Positions 47,488-56,242 of a stretch of DNA of 64,000 nt are shown here, piece after piece. Within the stretch, counting starts at the first letter, position 1. The number at the start of each line of letters is the position of its first letter. Under the pieces are notes generated by a model. The model worked only from the letters and a program-made list of their open reading frames with translations, had not been told where the DNA came from and did not search any database. Position numbers and translations under genes: made by a program. The DNA is from Candidatus Shapirobacteria bacterium (lineage in GTDB: Bacteria; Patescibacteriota; Microgenomatia; UBA12405): assembly GCA_041665485.1 (NCBI GenBank), contig JBAYIT010000001.1:73884-137883 (forward strand). Direction: 5' to 3'.

Positions 47488-49266
47488 ATGGTTAGCAAAA
47501 AACAAATAAGCTGGAACCTGGATGGTTTGTATAAAGCGGAGGAGTTTGAAAAGAAATTGAAAGAGACGGAAGAAGAATTAAAAAAGTTTGATGAGTGGTG
47601 GGAGAAAATAAGCCCGGAAATGGCGGAGGAGGAATTTAAAAAATTGTTGGTATTTTTGGAAGAATTTTCAGATAAGCTGGCTATTTTGGGAGGGAGGCCG
47701 GGGTTGGCCGAATCGGTTGATCAAAAAGATAGAGAAGCAAAACTACAAAGGGCAAAAATAGAAGAATTGGGATTAAGAATTGCCGATAAAACTAGAAAAT
47801 TTGATCATTGGATAAAAGGGCTACCACTAGAAAGCAGAAAAACACTTGATGACAAAAATGCCAAAAGACTGTTTGGAGTAATTGCCGATTTAAAATATGG
47901 ATTGGAAAAAGGGAGAGAAGCGGCCAAACATACTTTGAGCCAAAAAGAGGAAAGAATAATTGATTATAAAGATACTTTTGGAATTGGGCCATTAAATGAT
48001 CTTCGAGAAATGGTGGTGACAGAGTGGGATTTTGACTTAAAAATTGGCAAAAAGATTAAAAAGATTAAAACACAGTCGGATTTGATGGCGCTTGTCCATA
48101 GCCCAAAAAGAGAAATAAGAAAGGCGGCATATAAAGCTTTATGGCAAAAATATGGAAAAAATATTGATAAGCTATTTTTGGTTTATAGCAATGTGGTCAA
48201 AGATTGGGGTTTTGAGGCTAAGGCGAGGAATTACAAAAGCCCAATTGGTGTGAGAAATTTTGGTAATAATATACCCGATGAAGCCGTAGAAACATTGATG
48301 GAAGTGTGCCGAGAAAAAAAGCCGATATTTGAGAGATATTTTAAAACCAAGGCAAAGATATTGGGACTAAAAAAACTGTCGCGATGGGACGTTTATGCCC
48401 CAACGGGGGTGGAGGTGGATAAAAAAATTGATTATACCCACGCCAAAGAAATAGTTCTGGAAAACTTTAATAAATTCGGGCCGAAATTTTTTGAATATGC
48501 AAAAGAGATTCTTGATAAAAAGCACGTCGACGTGTTTCCAAGACCAAGTAAAAGAAGCGGGGCGTTTTGCGCCACTATTAGCCCAAGAATTGCCCCATAT
48601 GTGATGCTTAATCACACCAATAAATTACGAGATGTGATGACACTGGCCCATGAACTGGGGCACGGAGTTCATTCGTTATTTGGGCAAAACCATTATCCTT
48701 CGGCTCAACATGCCGGGTTGCCACTGGCGGAAACAGCCTCGACTTTGGGAGAAATGATGGTGTTTGAAGAAATTTACAAAAACAGCGATAAAAAAACGAA
48801 AAAGGCCTTGTTGGTGGAAAAAATGGCTGACAGCTATGCCACTATTTTGAGGCAAAATTATTTTGTGATGTTTGAGAAAGAAGCCCACGAAAAAATTCCC
48901 GGAGGAATAAGGGTGGAAGAGTTAAATAAAATGTATCTAGATAATTTGAAAGATCAGTTTGGGGGGAGTGTGGTAGTTTCTGACGACTTTAAATACGAAT
49001 GGGCGTATGTGTCGCATATTTTTGAAACGCCGTTTTATTGTTATGCCTACAACTTTGGTCAATTGGTGTCGTATTACTTGTATTCAAGGTATAAAAATGA
49101 AGGAAAAGGGTTTGTAAAAGTAATCGAAAAGATACTGGAGGCAGGTGGATCAAGAGATCCGGATCTGGTTTTAAAGGAAGTTGGGATTGATATGAGGGAT
49201 AGAAATTTTTGGGTAAACGCTTTTGGGGTAGTAGAAAGTTGGCAAAAAGAATTAGAGGGGCTTTGA
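47488..49266 (+). CDS. pepF: oligoendopeptidase F (M3 family)
   Basis: Zinc motif 'HELGHGVH' and M3B family length. Confidence 0.8.
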   Translation: MVSKKQISWNLDGLYKAEEFEKKLKETEEELKKFDEWWEKISPEMAEEEFKKLLVFLEEFSDKLAILGGRPGLAESVDQKDREAKLQRAKIEELGLRIADKTRKFDHWIKGLPLESRKTLDDKNAKRLFGVIADLKYGLEKGREAAKHTLSQKEERIIDYKDTFGIGPLNDLREMVVTEWDFDLKIGKKIKKIKTQSDLMALVHSPKREIRKAAYKALWQKYGKNIDKLFLVYSNVVKDWGFEAKARNYKSPIGVRNFGNNIPDEAVETLMEVCREKKPIFERYFKTKAKILGLKKLSRWDVYAPTGVEVDKKIDYTHAKEIVLENFNKFGPKFFEYAKEILDKKHVDVFPRPSKRSGAFCATISPRIAPYVMLNHTNKLRDVMTLAHELGHGVHSLFGQNHYPSAQHAGLPLAETASTLGEMMVFEEIYKNSDKKTKKALLVEKMADSYATILRQNYFVMFEKEAHEKIPGGIRVEELNKMYLDNLKDQFGGSVVVSDDFKYEWAYVSHIFETPFYCYAYNFGQLVSYYLYSRYKNEGKGFVKVIEKILEAGGSRDPDLVLKEVGIDMRDRNFWVNAFGVVESWQKELEGL

Positions 49267-49272
49267 AAGTAG

Positions 49273-49833
49273 TTATTCGCGGCAACAGTCAAGAACTTTA
49301 CCGATAACACCACTTATTTTGCCCATAAAGTCGGATTTTTTGTAAGTGATGGGTGTTTCTTTGGGATCCAATCCCTCTAAATCTCCCTTTGACCCGTCGG
49401 GTGCCCGGGCAAGCGAGGGAGACTTAATCATGCCCAAATTAATACCCCAAAAGAGATTGTAGAGGTCGTAGGACTTTTTGAAGTAATCATAGGCCTTGGC
49501 GTTATCCCCTTTTGTTTGATGTTTAGTACCAACTTCCATTAAGCGCATCGAGGCGGCCAGGAGGTGTTTACTAATGCACCATTCTTCACCACCATAGTCT
49601 TTGATAATTTCCTTAAGAAGGTCGACTCGCATGCGACGAATGTCATTGATTAGGTCGTAATATTTGTTGTCACCAGTTTTGCCACCGGAAAAAAATAAGT
49701 GTTCTTCAATAGAAATCAAATTCATAATACCAATGGAGAGGTCCTCCCCGGAAGATAGGTCAAGTTTTTGGCCGGCTTCGGCACTTTTAACTTTATCCAT
49801 GAATTGCTGAAGGTCGAGGGTTTTTGGTTTCAT
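49273..49833 (-). CDS. hypothetical protein
   Basis: ORF convergent with pepF. No motif recognised. Confidence 0.4.
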   Translation of the reverse strand: MKPKTLDLQQFMDKVKSAEAGQKLDLSSGEDLSIGIMNLISIEEHLFFSGGKTGDNKYYDLINDIRRMRVDLLKEIIKDYGGEEWCISKHLLAASMRLMEVGTKHQTKGDNAKAYDYFKKSYDLYNLFWGINLGMIKSPSLARAPDGSKGDLEGLDPKETPITYKKSDFMGKISGVIGKVLDCCRE

Positions 49834-49899
49834 GGGAGAATTATATCAGCCGGGATTATAATTAAGGTAGTGAAGACAAACAGACAGATAACAGAGTTG

Positions 49900-50250
49900 A
49901 TGGTGGATGATGTTGGTCAGTCAGTTGATTTTTATAGTAAATTTTTGGGGTTTAAACTAAAAAATAGGGTAGAGGAAACTTGGGCGGAGGTAGAAAACGA
50001 AAGTGTTGTTATTCAGTTTTTAGCAAGAAAGGCATTTGAAAAAGAAGTAAATGAGTTTGGAGGAAGAGAGAAAGGAGGAACTTTTTTGTTGCTATTTGAA
50101 ATTGAAGAGGTGGAGGAAATATACAAGAAAATAATGAATCTGGTGGAAATTGTTGACAGGTTAAAAAAGACTGATTATGGAACGAAGGAGTTTAAATTTA
50201 AAGATAACAGTGGTTATATAATTCAATTAACAGAGAGAGTTAGAGATTAA
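49900..50250 (+). CDS. VOC / glyoxalase-bleomycin-resistance family protein
   Basis: 'MVDDVGQSVDFYSKFLGFKL' beta-alpha-beta-beta-beta N-terminus. The start is uncertain (ATG 49900 or GTG 49869). Confidence 0.5.
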   Translation: MVDDVGQSVDFYSKFLGFKLKNRVEETWAEVENESVVIQFLARKAFEKEVNEFGGREKGGTFLLLFEIEEVEEIYKKIMNLVEIVDRLKKTDYGTKEFKFKDNSGYIIQLTERVRD

Positions 50251-50255
50251 TAGCT

Positions 50256-51074
50256 ATGAAACAAATGGTGGTGAGAACAAAGATGGGTTTGGAGGAGATC
50301 GGGAAGACGAAGAATGATTTTGAGTATTGGTCGGCGAGGGAGTTGATGACAGTGCTGGGGTATATTGAATGGAGGAAATTTTGGGGTGTAGTGAAAAAAG
50401 CGAAGGTGGCTTGTAAAAATAGCGGATATGAGCCGAAAAACCATTTTGTCGGAGCCGCCAAAATGGTAGCAATTGGATCTGATACCATGAGGCGGTTAAG
50501 TGACTATTGGTTAACCCGTTATGCCTGTTATTTAATAGCCCAGAATGGGGATAGCCGGAAACCAGAGATTGCTTTTGCCCAAACTTATTTTGCGGTACAA
50601 ACAAGAAAACAGGAAATCAGGGAGGCGGATGAGAAACTGGTAAAAAGAATTGAAGCTAGAGAGAGGTTAAAAGAAACAGAAAGAAAAATTGAGGGAACGG
50701 TATATAAAAGAGGAATTCGAAGTTCGGCTGATTTTGCTAGCTTTAAAGATAAACATATTCGAGGTCTGTATGGAGGGATAGGGATTGCTAGTTTAAAAAA
50801 GAAAAGAAAGATTCCTAAAAATCGGGCCCTGGCAGACTTCGACAGCTTTTTGGAGTTAAGGGCGAAAGATTTTGCCCTAGCGATGACTGATCACAATATT
50901 AAAGACAAAAATTTGACTGGGAAGCCAAAACTAGAAAAAGAGGTTTATGAGAACAGCGTGGCAACTAGAAGAACAATGCTAAAACGTGGAATAATGCCGG
51001 AAAACTTAAAGCCGGAAAAAGATATCAAGGAGATTAAAAGCAGACTAGAGATTAAAGGCGAACTTGAAGGCTAG
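50256..51074 (+). CDS. DNA-damage-inducible protein D (DinD) homolog
   Basis: Collinear with E. coli DinD: 'YWSARELM..LGY', 'KMVAIGSDTMRRLSDYWLTRYACYLIAQNGDSRKPEIAFAQTYFAVQTR'. Confidence 0.6.
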   Translation: MKQMVVRTKMGLEEIGKTKNDFEYWSARELMTVLGYIEWRKFWGVVKKAKVACKNSGYEPKNHFVGAAKMVAIGSDTMRRLSDYWLTRYACYLIAQNGDSRKPEIAFAQTYFAVQTRKQEIREADEKLVKRIEARERLKETERKIEGTVYKRGIRSSADFASFKDKHIRGLYGGIGIASLKKKRKIPKNRALADFDSFLELRAKDFALAMTDHNIKDKNLTGKPKLEKEVYENSVATRRTMLKRGIMPENLKPEKDIKEIKSRLEIKGELEG

Positions 51075-51584
51075 GGTTAGCAAAAGAACAAGACTGACGG
51101 GGAAAACGACTTTGGCATAGGGAAAAGGAGCGTAGCCTAGCTTCTTTTTAGTGTTGAGATAGGTGATGTTGCCAATAAGCATGCCTAGGAAACCCAGGAC
51201 TTGGCCGAAAATAATTTTGTCAATGCCAAGCAGTTTATTAGCGGAGTGGCCAGTTTGGCCGGTGGTAATAAAATAAGCAAGGGTGGTTAGAAGTAAGATT
51301 AGAGAAAGAAATATGGGTTTGGAAAAAATTTCCAATTTCCAATTTCCAATTTCTAATTTATTCAGTTTGGGAGCCAGCCAGAAGGCGAGGGCGGTGTTGA
51401 GGGCGGAGATCCAGATACTAACTAGAAGATCGTCAATGCCGAGTTTTTTGGCAATTAACATTCCCCCACCGACAGTAACGATACATACGGGGCACTGCGC
51501 CCCTACGGGGGGCGCAAGAAATAAGAAATAAGAAATAAGAAATAAGAATGAAAACAAAAATATCATAGAGTTATTGTAATACAT
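51045..51584 (-). CDS. hypothetical membrane protein (start uncertain)
   Basis: Several TM segments. The N-terminal 50 codons run through simple repeats and GC hairpins, so the real start may be an internal Met. Confidence 0.35.
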   Translation of the reverse strand: MYYNNSMIFLFSFLFLISYFLFLAPPVGAQCPVCIVTVGGGMLIAKKLGIDDLLVSIWISALNTALAFWLAPKLNKLEIGNWKLEIFSKPIFLSLILLLTTLAYFITTGQTGHSANKLLGIDKIIFGQVLGFLGMLIGNITYLNTKKKLGYAPFPYAKVVFPVSLVLLLTLAFKFAFNL

Positions 51585-51600
51585 GTTCCCGAAGGCGCCT
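51573..51600. terminator. perfect 28-nt palindrome ATGTTCCCGAAGGCGCCTTCGGGAACAT (hairpin)
   Basis: Perfect inverted repeat 15 nt downstream of the Cys-rich mini-ORF stop, read on the minus strand. Confidence 0.5.
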
Positions 51601-51614
51601 TCGGGAACATCTGG

Positions 51615-51698
51615 CTACTTACCGCATTTACATGCTTTACCTTTTTGGCAGTCGCAGGAACAACTGGAGTCACAGGAACAATTTTTGCTGTCGTCCAT
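51615..51698 (-). CDS. metallothionein-like Cys-rich peptide (27 aa: MDDSKNCSCDSSCSCDCQKGKACKCGK)
   Basis: Not in the supplied ORF track. Has its own promoter (TTGCAT-17-TACACT) and a downstream perfect palindrome. 9 Cys in 27 residues. Confidence 0.4.
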   Translation of the reverse strand: MDDSKNCSCDSSCSCDCQKGKACKCGK

Positions 51699-51719
51699 GG
51701 TTTGTTTAACTGATAACTA

Positions 51720-52271
51720 CTACGAGTGTAGTACTTTATTTAAGATGATGCAAGAGGCAAACCAAAGGGAACCGAGAAGGTAACCACCAAGAATGTCGGT
51801 GGGGTAATGAACTCCGAGGTAGATACGGCTAAAACCAATAAGAAGAACAACAATCACAGCAAACATAAAAGAAATTAAACTTAAACGTCTGTTTTTGGTG
51901 AGACGGTAAATTAAAAAAACTAGGGTGAAATAAAAAACTAGAGAATTCATGGCGTGGCCGGAGGGGAAGCTGGTAGTGGATTCAAAAATTAGCGGAGAAA
52001 TATTGGGCCGAGGCCGGGCAATAAGTGATTTAAGCAGTAAGTTAATAGGGAGACTTAGGGAAGCAAATAAACCAAAGGAGAGAAGATGTTTGGCCCGTTT
52101 AAGCCGGACAACAAGGGCGAGAACTAAAAAGAGAGCAGAAAAAACATACTCGGAACCGAGATTGGTGACGAATAACATAAATTCTGTTAAAGCCGGGGTG
52201 CGAAAAGTGTAGATGAATTGGGAAATAACAAGATCAAAAGGAAGAATAAGATTAATAATATTGTTGACCAC
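51720..52271 (-). CDS. PAP2-family phosphatase (undecaprenyl-diphosphate / lipid phosphatase-like)
   Basis: PAP2 motifs 'KSLIARPRP', 'SFPSGHA' and 'SRIYLGVHYPTD'. Confidence 0.75.
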   Translation of the reverse strand: MVNNIINLILPFDLVISQFIYTFRTPALTEFMLFVTNLGSEYVFSALFLVLALVVRLKRAKHLLSFGLFASLSLPINLLLKSLIARPRPNISPLIFESTTSFPSGHAMNSLVFYFTLVFLIYRLTKNRRLSLISFMFAVIVVLLIGFSRIYLGVHYPTDILGGYLLGSLWFASCIILNKVLHS

Positions 52272-52277
52272 AAACGA

Positions 52278-52787
52278 TTATAAGTTATCTTTAATCCATT
52301 TTTCGATTGGAATGGAAGGATTGATGGTTAAAAAAACTTCAGGAAAAATGGGTGGCTCTAACTCTTTTATGGTGGCTTTAAATAATTCATTACTAACATC
52401 AAAACGAATTTGGTGTTGACGATTGTGAAGCAATCTTTGGCGGGCGAGCGAGGGTGGAGTGTCGACAAAAATAGTAATGGCTTCTAAACCGAGATTGTCG
52501 ACAATGGCCCTGACTAATCCCCTTTCATAACGAGTAAAGTTACCAGCATCTTGAACGACTGACTGCCCGGAAAGTAGGGCATTTTTGACTTTCTGATACA
52601 TAGATTGATAAATTTGGTCCCATTCCGGCTCTGTGACTTTTTCGTCGGGTAAATCTGGCCCGACAATTTCGACCTTAACTTCATCAAGATCAACACGAAC
52701 AAAACCTTTTATTTGGGAAATGAGTTTTGAAATAGTGGTTTTACCAGAAAAAGAGATACCACACATTATGTAGAGTTTAGGAAGCAT
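52278..52787 (-). CDS. P-loop kinase (AAA_33-like)
   Basis: Walker A 'CGISFSGKTT'. 169 aa. Confidence 0.5.
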   Translation of the reverse strand: MLPKLYIMCGISFSGKTTISKLISQIKGFVRVDLDEVKVEIVGPDLPDEKVTEPEWDQIYQSMYQKVKNALLSGQSVVQDAGNFTRYERGLVRAIVDNLGLEAITIFVDTPPSLARQRLLHNRQHQIRFDVSNELFKATIKELEPPIFPEVFLTINPSIPIEKWIKDNL

Positions 52788-52799
52788 AGTTTATTATAC

Positions 52800-52855
52800 T
52801 TGACAACAGTGTTAGAAGGGTCTAACATATGAGTGTTAGAAGAATCTAACTTATG
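52800..52855 (+). promoter_or_regulatory. promoter TTGACA-17-TAACAT overlapped by two tandem 24-nt palindromic operator repeats
   Basis: AGTGTTAGAAGGGTCTAACATATG and AGTGTTAGAAGAATCTAACTTATG. Each contains TGTTAGA-N4-TCTAACA. The second overlaps the XRE start codon. Confidence 0.6.
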
Positions 52856-53047
52856 AAAACGAAAATTAAAGAGATGAGGACCAAACTTGGGCTGACCCAG
52901 GAGCAATTGGCCGACAAGACGGGAGTGAGGCGGGAAACGATAGTGTTTCTGGAGCAGGGAAAATATATCCCCTCTTTAAAGTTGGCACATGATGTAGCGA
53001 AAATATTAAAGACAAAAATTGATTATTTATTTATTTTTGAGGATTAA
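52853..53047 (+). CDS. XRE-family HTH transcriptional regulator (64 aa)
   Basis: '[26 protein letters not shown]' HTH_3 motif. Confidence 0.7.
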   Translation: MKTKIKEMRTKLGLTQEQLADKTGVRRETIVFLEQGKYIPSLKLAHDVAKILKTKIDYLFIFED

Positions 53048-53049
53048 AA

Positions 53050-53472
53050 ATGCTAGCAAAAACAGAATGGTTTAATAGTAGAAAGTTTGGCGGATGGGGA
53101 TTAACACCCAGAACTTGGCAGGGGTGGGTGTATGTGTTGGTTTTGACGGCACCGTTGGCCCTGATCCCCTATTTGCCCATTGAACAAAAATGGCAGACAC
53201 CGTTAATGTTGGGGTGGGGAGCAGTAGTAGTGATTGATGTTATGGGAATAATGTATCGAATTAAAAAAGATGAGCGGGAAGTGGCTCATGAGGCGCTGGC
53301 GGAGCGAAATGCGATGTGGTTTATGGTGACGGCACTGGGAATTGGAGTGGCCTATCAGGCAATGATGAGCGCTACGGCCGGGACAAACCAGGTGGACCCA
53401 GTAATAATTATTGCCCTAGCGGGATCAACGATAGTCAAGGCCACTAGCCATTGGTGGTTGAGGGATAAATAA
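53050..53472 (+). CDS. small membrane protein (partner of the XRE regulator)
   Basis: Three or four TM segments. 3-nt gap after the HTH gene. Confidence 0.4.
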   Translation: MLAKTEWFNSRKFGGWGLTPRTWQGWVYVLVLTAPLALIPYLPIEQKWQTPLMLGWGAVVVIDVMGIMYRIKKDEREVAHEALAERNAMWFMVTALGIGVAYQAMMSATAGTNQVDPVIIIALAGSTIVKATSHWWLRDK

Positions 53473-53475
53473 AAA

Positions 53476-54630
53476 ATGACAGATTGGAAGAAAAACGTAC
53501 TGGTCTATAAGATTGATTCGTTCTTAAATTGGTTCTATGTGCCGATTGGAGTCTGGGTGCTGATTTGGAATCATTTTTTTAGCTTTAGCCAAATATCGTT
53601 ATCGATGGGAATAAGTTTGTTGGCGGGGGTGGCTTGCGAACTACCATCGGGGGCATTGGCAGACATGATTGGACGGAAAAGGACGGTAATGCTAGGGAGA
53701 TTAATTTTGTTTCTGGGGTATGTATGGTTATTTTTCAGGCACGATTTTGTTGGTTTTTTAGTCTGGCAAATTGCTTACCAAATTGATGGAGCCTTTACAT
53801 CTGGGGCTAATTCGGCTCTACTTTACGACTCACTTAAGGAAAACGGACAAGTGGAGAAACATTACAAAAAAGTTGAGGCGGACACTTTTATGTACAACAC
53901 TATCGGCATGGCAGTGGGAGGAATCTTTGGGGGATTATTGTACGAAATTACCCCAATGGGGCCATATAATTTTATGATTTTAGTAACAGGGCTGGGGTTG
54001 TTGGCCTCGTGTTTTTACCAAGAGCCAGCAATGGAAAAAATTGGGTGGAGCGTTAAATCTTATTTAAAGCAAAATTATGATGGTTTTATGCACATTTTTA
54101 GCAATGAAAAGATTAAAGCAGTGTCGCTGTTTTCAATTGCAGTGAGTGTGGTGACATATACCGGACTTTGGTATCTGTATGAACCGAGGCTGACGGCGGG
54201 AGGGTTTGACCCAAAAATTTTGGCAATACTAATTTCTGGAACGTACGCCATCAGAGCGGTGGGGACAAGATTTAACCCAACTCCTTTAGTAATGGCGATT
54301 TCTCAAACCGTGGGAACAGCATTATCGTTTGCTGGGGGGAAATTTGGAGCAGTGAGTTCGGTTTATCTCAGAAAATTTGTAGATGGTTGCCGACAACCGA
54401 GTTTAATTGCCTGGCAAAATGATCAAATAGAATCGAAATACCGAGCGACGTCATTGTCGGCGATATCTTTGCTAACAAATTTAATAGTCGGAGGGGTGGG
54501 GCCATTATTAGGAGTGGGAATTGATAGGTTCGGAGCGGAAACTACTTTGGGGATATGGACTATTTTTGGGGTAGTAGTGGTAATACCGTTGGGGTGGAGG
54601 TTGGGAGTTATAATGAAAAATAAGACATGA
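53476..54630 (+). CDS. MFS-type transporter (paralog 4 of 4)
   Basis: 'ALADMIGRKRTVM' and 'SKYRATSLSAISLL'. Confidence 0.6.
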   Translation: MTDWKKNVLVYKIDSFLNWFYVPIGVWVLIWNHFFSFSQISLSMGISLLAGVACELPSGALADMIGRKRTVMLGRLILFLGYVWLFFRHDFVGFLVWQIAYQIDGAFTSGANSALLYDSLKENGQVEKHYKKVEADTFMYNTIGMAVGGIFGGLLYEITPMGPYNFMILVTGLGLLASCFYQEPAMEKIGWSVKSYLKQNYDGFMHIFSNEKIKAVSLFSIAVSVVTYTGLWYLYEPRLTAGGFDPKILAILISGTYAIRAVGTRFNPTPLVMAISQTVGTALSFAGGKFGAVSSVYLRKFVDGCRQPSLIAWQNDQIESKYRATSLSAISLLTNLIVGGVGPLLGVGIDRFGAETTLGIWTIFGVVVVIPLGWRLGVIMKNKT

Positions 54631-54834
54631 AAAGTAAAAAGATTAGACCAACTAAAAAGTACTCCTTTCGAGATTTGGGAACAAAATGGGTGATAAAAAA
54701 TGGCCCAACTGAAGGATCAATTAATCATGATAGAGACATGTACGAATTTGAGGAAAATAAAATAAAGAAGCAATTAAAAAAGTCTTGACTTTTGATAGCG
54801 ATTTTGAGAAGGCGGGATTTGAGATAATTAATGG

Positions 54835-55893
54835 CTAAATAGCCTCGAGGGTGCCGGAGACCATGCCCATCCAACAGGAGAAGTTGTAGACGCCTGGTTT
54901 GGTGACAGAGAACTCGCGAACAGAAGTGGTGCCGGGGACTAAATTGACGGGGCCGTCGAACAGTTGGCGGGCAATAACGGCGTTGGTGCAACCGCCGGTG
55001 CCAGTGTCAGTAATTTCCCAACGAACGGGAACATTGGCGCGGACTTTAAGACGAGAGGGAGAGTAGCCACGGGAAGAGGCGGACATTTTGAGGACTTGGA
55101 CGCCGTTGACGATGGGGGGTAAACCTTTGTTAGATCCTAGATTTTGGATGTTAGATCCTAGATTAATTTGTGGAGAAAAACCGAGGACTTTTAGTTGAGA
55201 AGAGAGATTAAAAAAGGCAAAGGCAATGACCAAAAGCCCGACAACTTGGGAGACAGAAGGCTTGGAGCTAAACTTTGAGCCTGAATAGCCGATGAGAAAA
55301 AGCGGAATAGCCGTGCCTAGGGCAAAAAAGCCCATAATTAGGGCGCCGGTAACAAAAGAGCCGGAGGCGAGGGCGAGAGATTGAGAAGTGAGAGTAAAAC
55401 CGCAAGGAAGAAAAAATGTTAGAGCGCCGATAAGAAAACTATTTTTGGTTAGTGATTGAGGAGAAAAAGACAAGCGGATAACTCTTAGACCAAGAATTTG
55501 GAGACCAAAAAGAATCATGGCAAGAGATACGATAATAGTTAGGATTGAACCAAGAGTAAAAGAAAGTCGGATAGACTGGCCAAGAAAACCCAGAAGACCG
55601 CCAAGAAGAAAAAAAGAAGTGAGCCTTCCGGTGTTAAATGAAAAACGATGGTGAGAAAGAGAAAGGGCAATGCCGCCAATTAGTCCGGCGCAAGTGGAAA
55701 AGCCAGCTAAGAGACCAAAGGGAAAGAAGGCTAGGGGGAGAGAATCTGGGGTGACACTAAAAAGAGAAAACAAGCTTGTTTGACTTAAAAAATAAACGGT
55801 AGTTAGAATTATTCCAACAATAATAAAAGAATTTATTAGATTGGCTGGTTTGGAGGGAGTATTTGAATGACAACAATCGCCTTGTGAAGACAT
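54835..55893 (-). CDS. polytopic permease with C-terminal cupredoxin-like (Cu-binding-like) domain
   Basis: N-terminal 'DCCHS'. TM Cys motifs 'FSTCAG' and 'LPCGF'. C-terminal 'TGGCTNAV...GVYNFSCWMGMVSG' resembles cupredoxin_1-type domains. Confidence 0.45.
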   Translation of the reverse strand: MSSQGDCCHSNTPSKPANLINSFIIVGIILTTVYFLSQTSLFSLFSVTPDSLPLAFFPFGLLAGFSTCAGLIGGIALSLSHHRFSFNTGRLTSFFLLGGLLGFLGQSIRLSFTLGSILTIIVSLAMILFGLQILGLRVIRLSFSPQSLTKNSFLIGALTFFLPCGFTLTSQSLALASGSFVTGALIMGFFALGTAIPLFLIGYSGSKFSSKPSVSQVVGLLVIAFAFFNLSSQLKVLGFSPQINLGSNIQNLGSNKGLPPIVNGVQVLKMSASSRGYSPSRLKVRANVPVRWEITDTGTGGCTNAVIARQLFDGPVNLVPGTTSVREFSVTKPGVYNFSCWMGMVSGTLEAI

Positions 55894-55923
55894 ACTACAA
55901 GTGTAGTACTTAAGAAGGATTTG

Positions 55924-56232
55924 TCAAGTGAAGTTTATTTCCAATTTGGTATTAGTAGCCTTGGCGATACGTTCCAACATAGAAAAGTTAGGTTTTGAAT
56001 TGCCCGATTCCAGCCGTGAGATGGCTGGCTGTTGAGAACCGATTTTTTTAGCCAATTGAAGTTGACTTAGTTGATGTTTTAGCCTCAATTCAATAAGTTT
56101 TTGGGTGAGTTGAAATTGAAGATCGAGACAACTAGAGGCCCGTTTAAAAGCCTTGTCTTGGGATAATTTTTTGTCAAGTTGGGTGAGAGTGGTTAATTTA
56201 TTGATATTTCTAGCCATGGGTAAATATAACAT
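55924..56232 (-). CDS. HigA-like XRE HTH antitoxin
   Basis: 'LSQLQLAKKIGSQQPAISRLESG'. Immediately downstream of the toxin gene. Confidence 0.6.
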   Translation of the reverse strand: MLYLPMARNINKLTTLTQLDKKLSQDKAFKRASSCLDLQFQLTQKLIELRLKHQLSQLQLAKKIGSQQPAISRLESGNSKPNFSMLERIAKATNTKLEINFT

Positions 56233-56242
56233 TTTTGGTATA

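Noticed and set aside
51583-51783. Plus-strand ORF 'MFPKAPSGTSGYLPHLHALPFWQSQEQ...'
   Set aside because: It has no promoter, RBS or motif. The opposite strand encodes a Cys-rich mini-ORF with promoter and terminator signals, which explains the region better.
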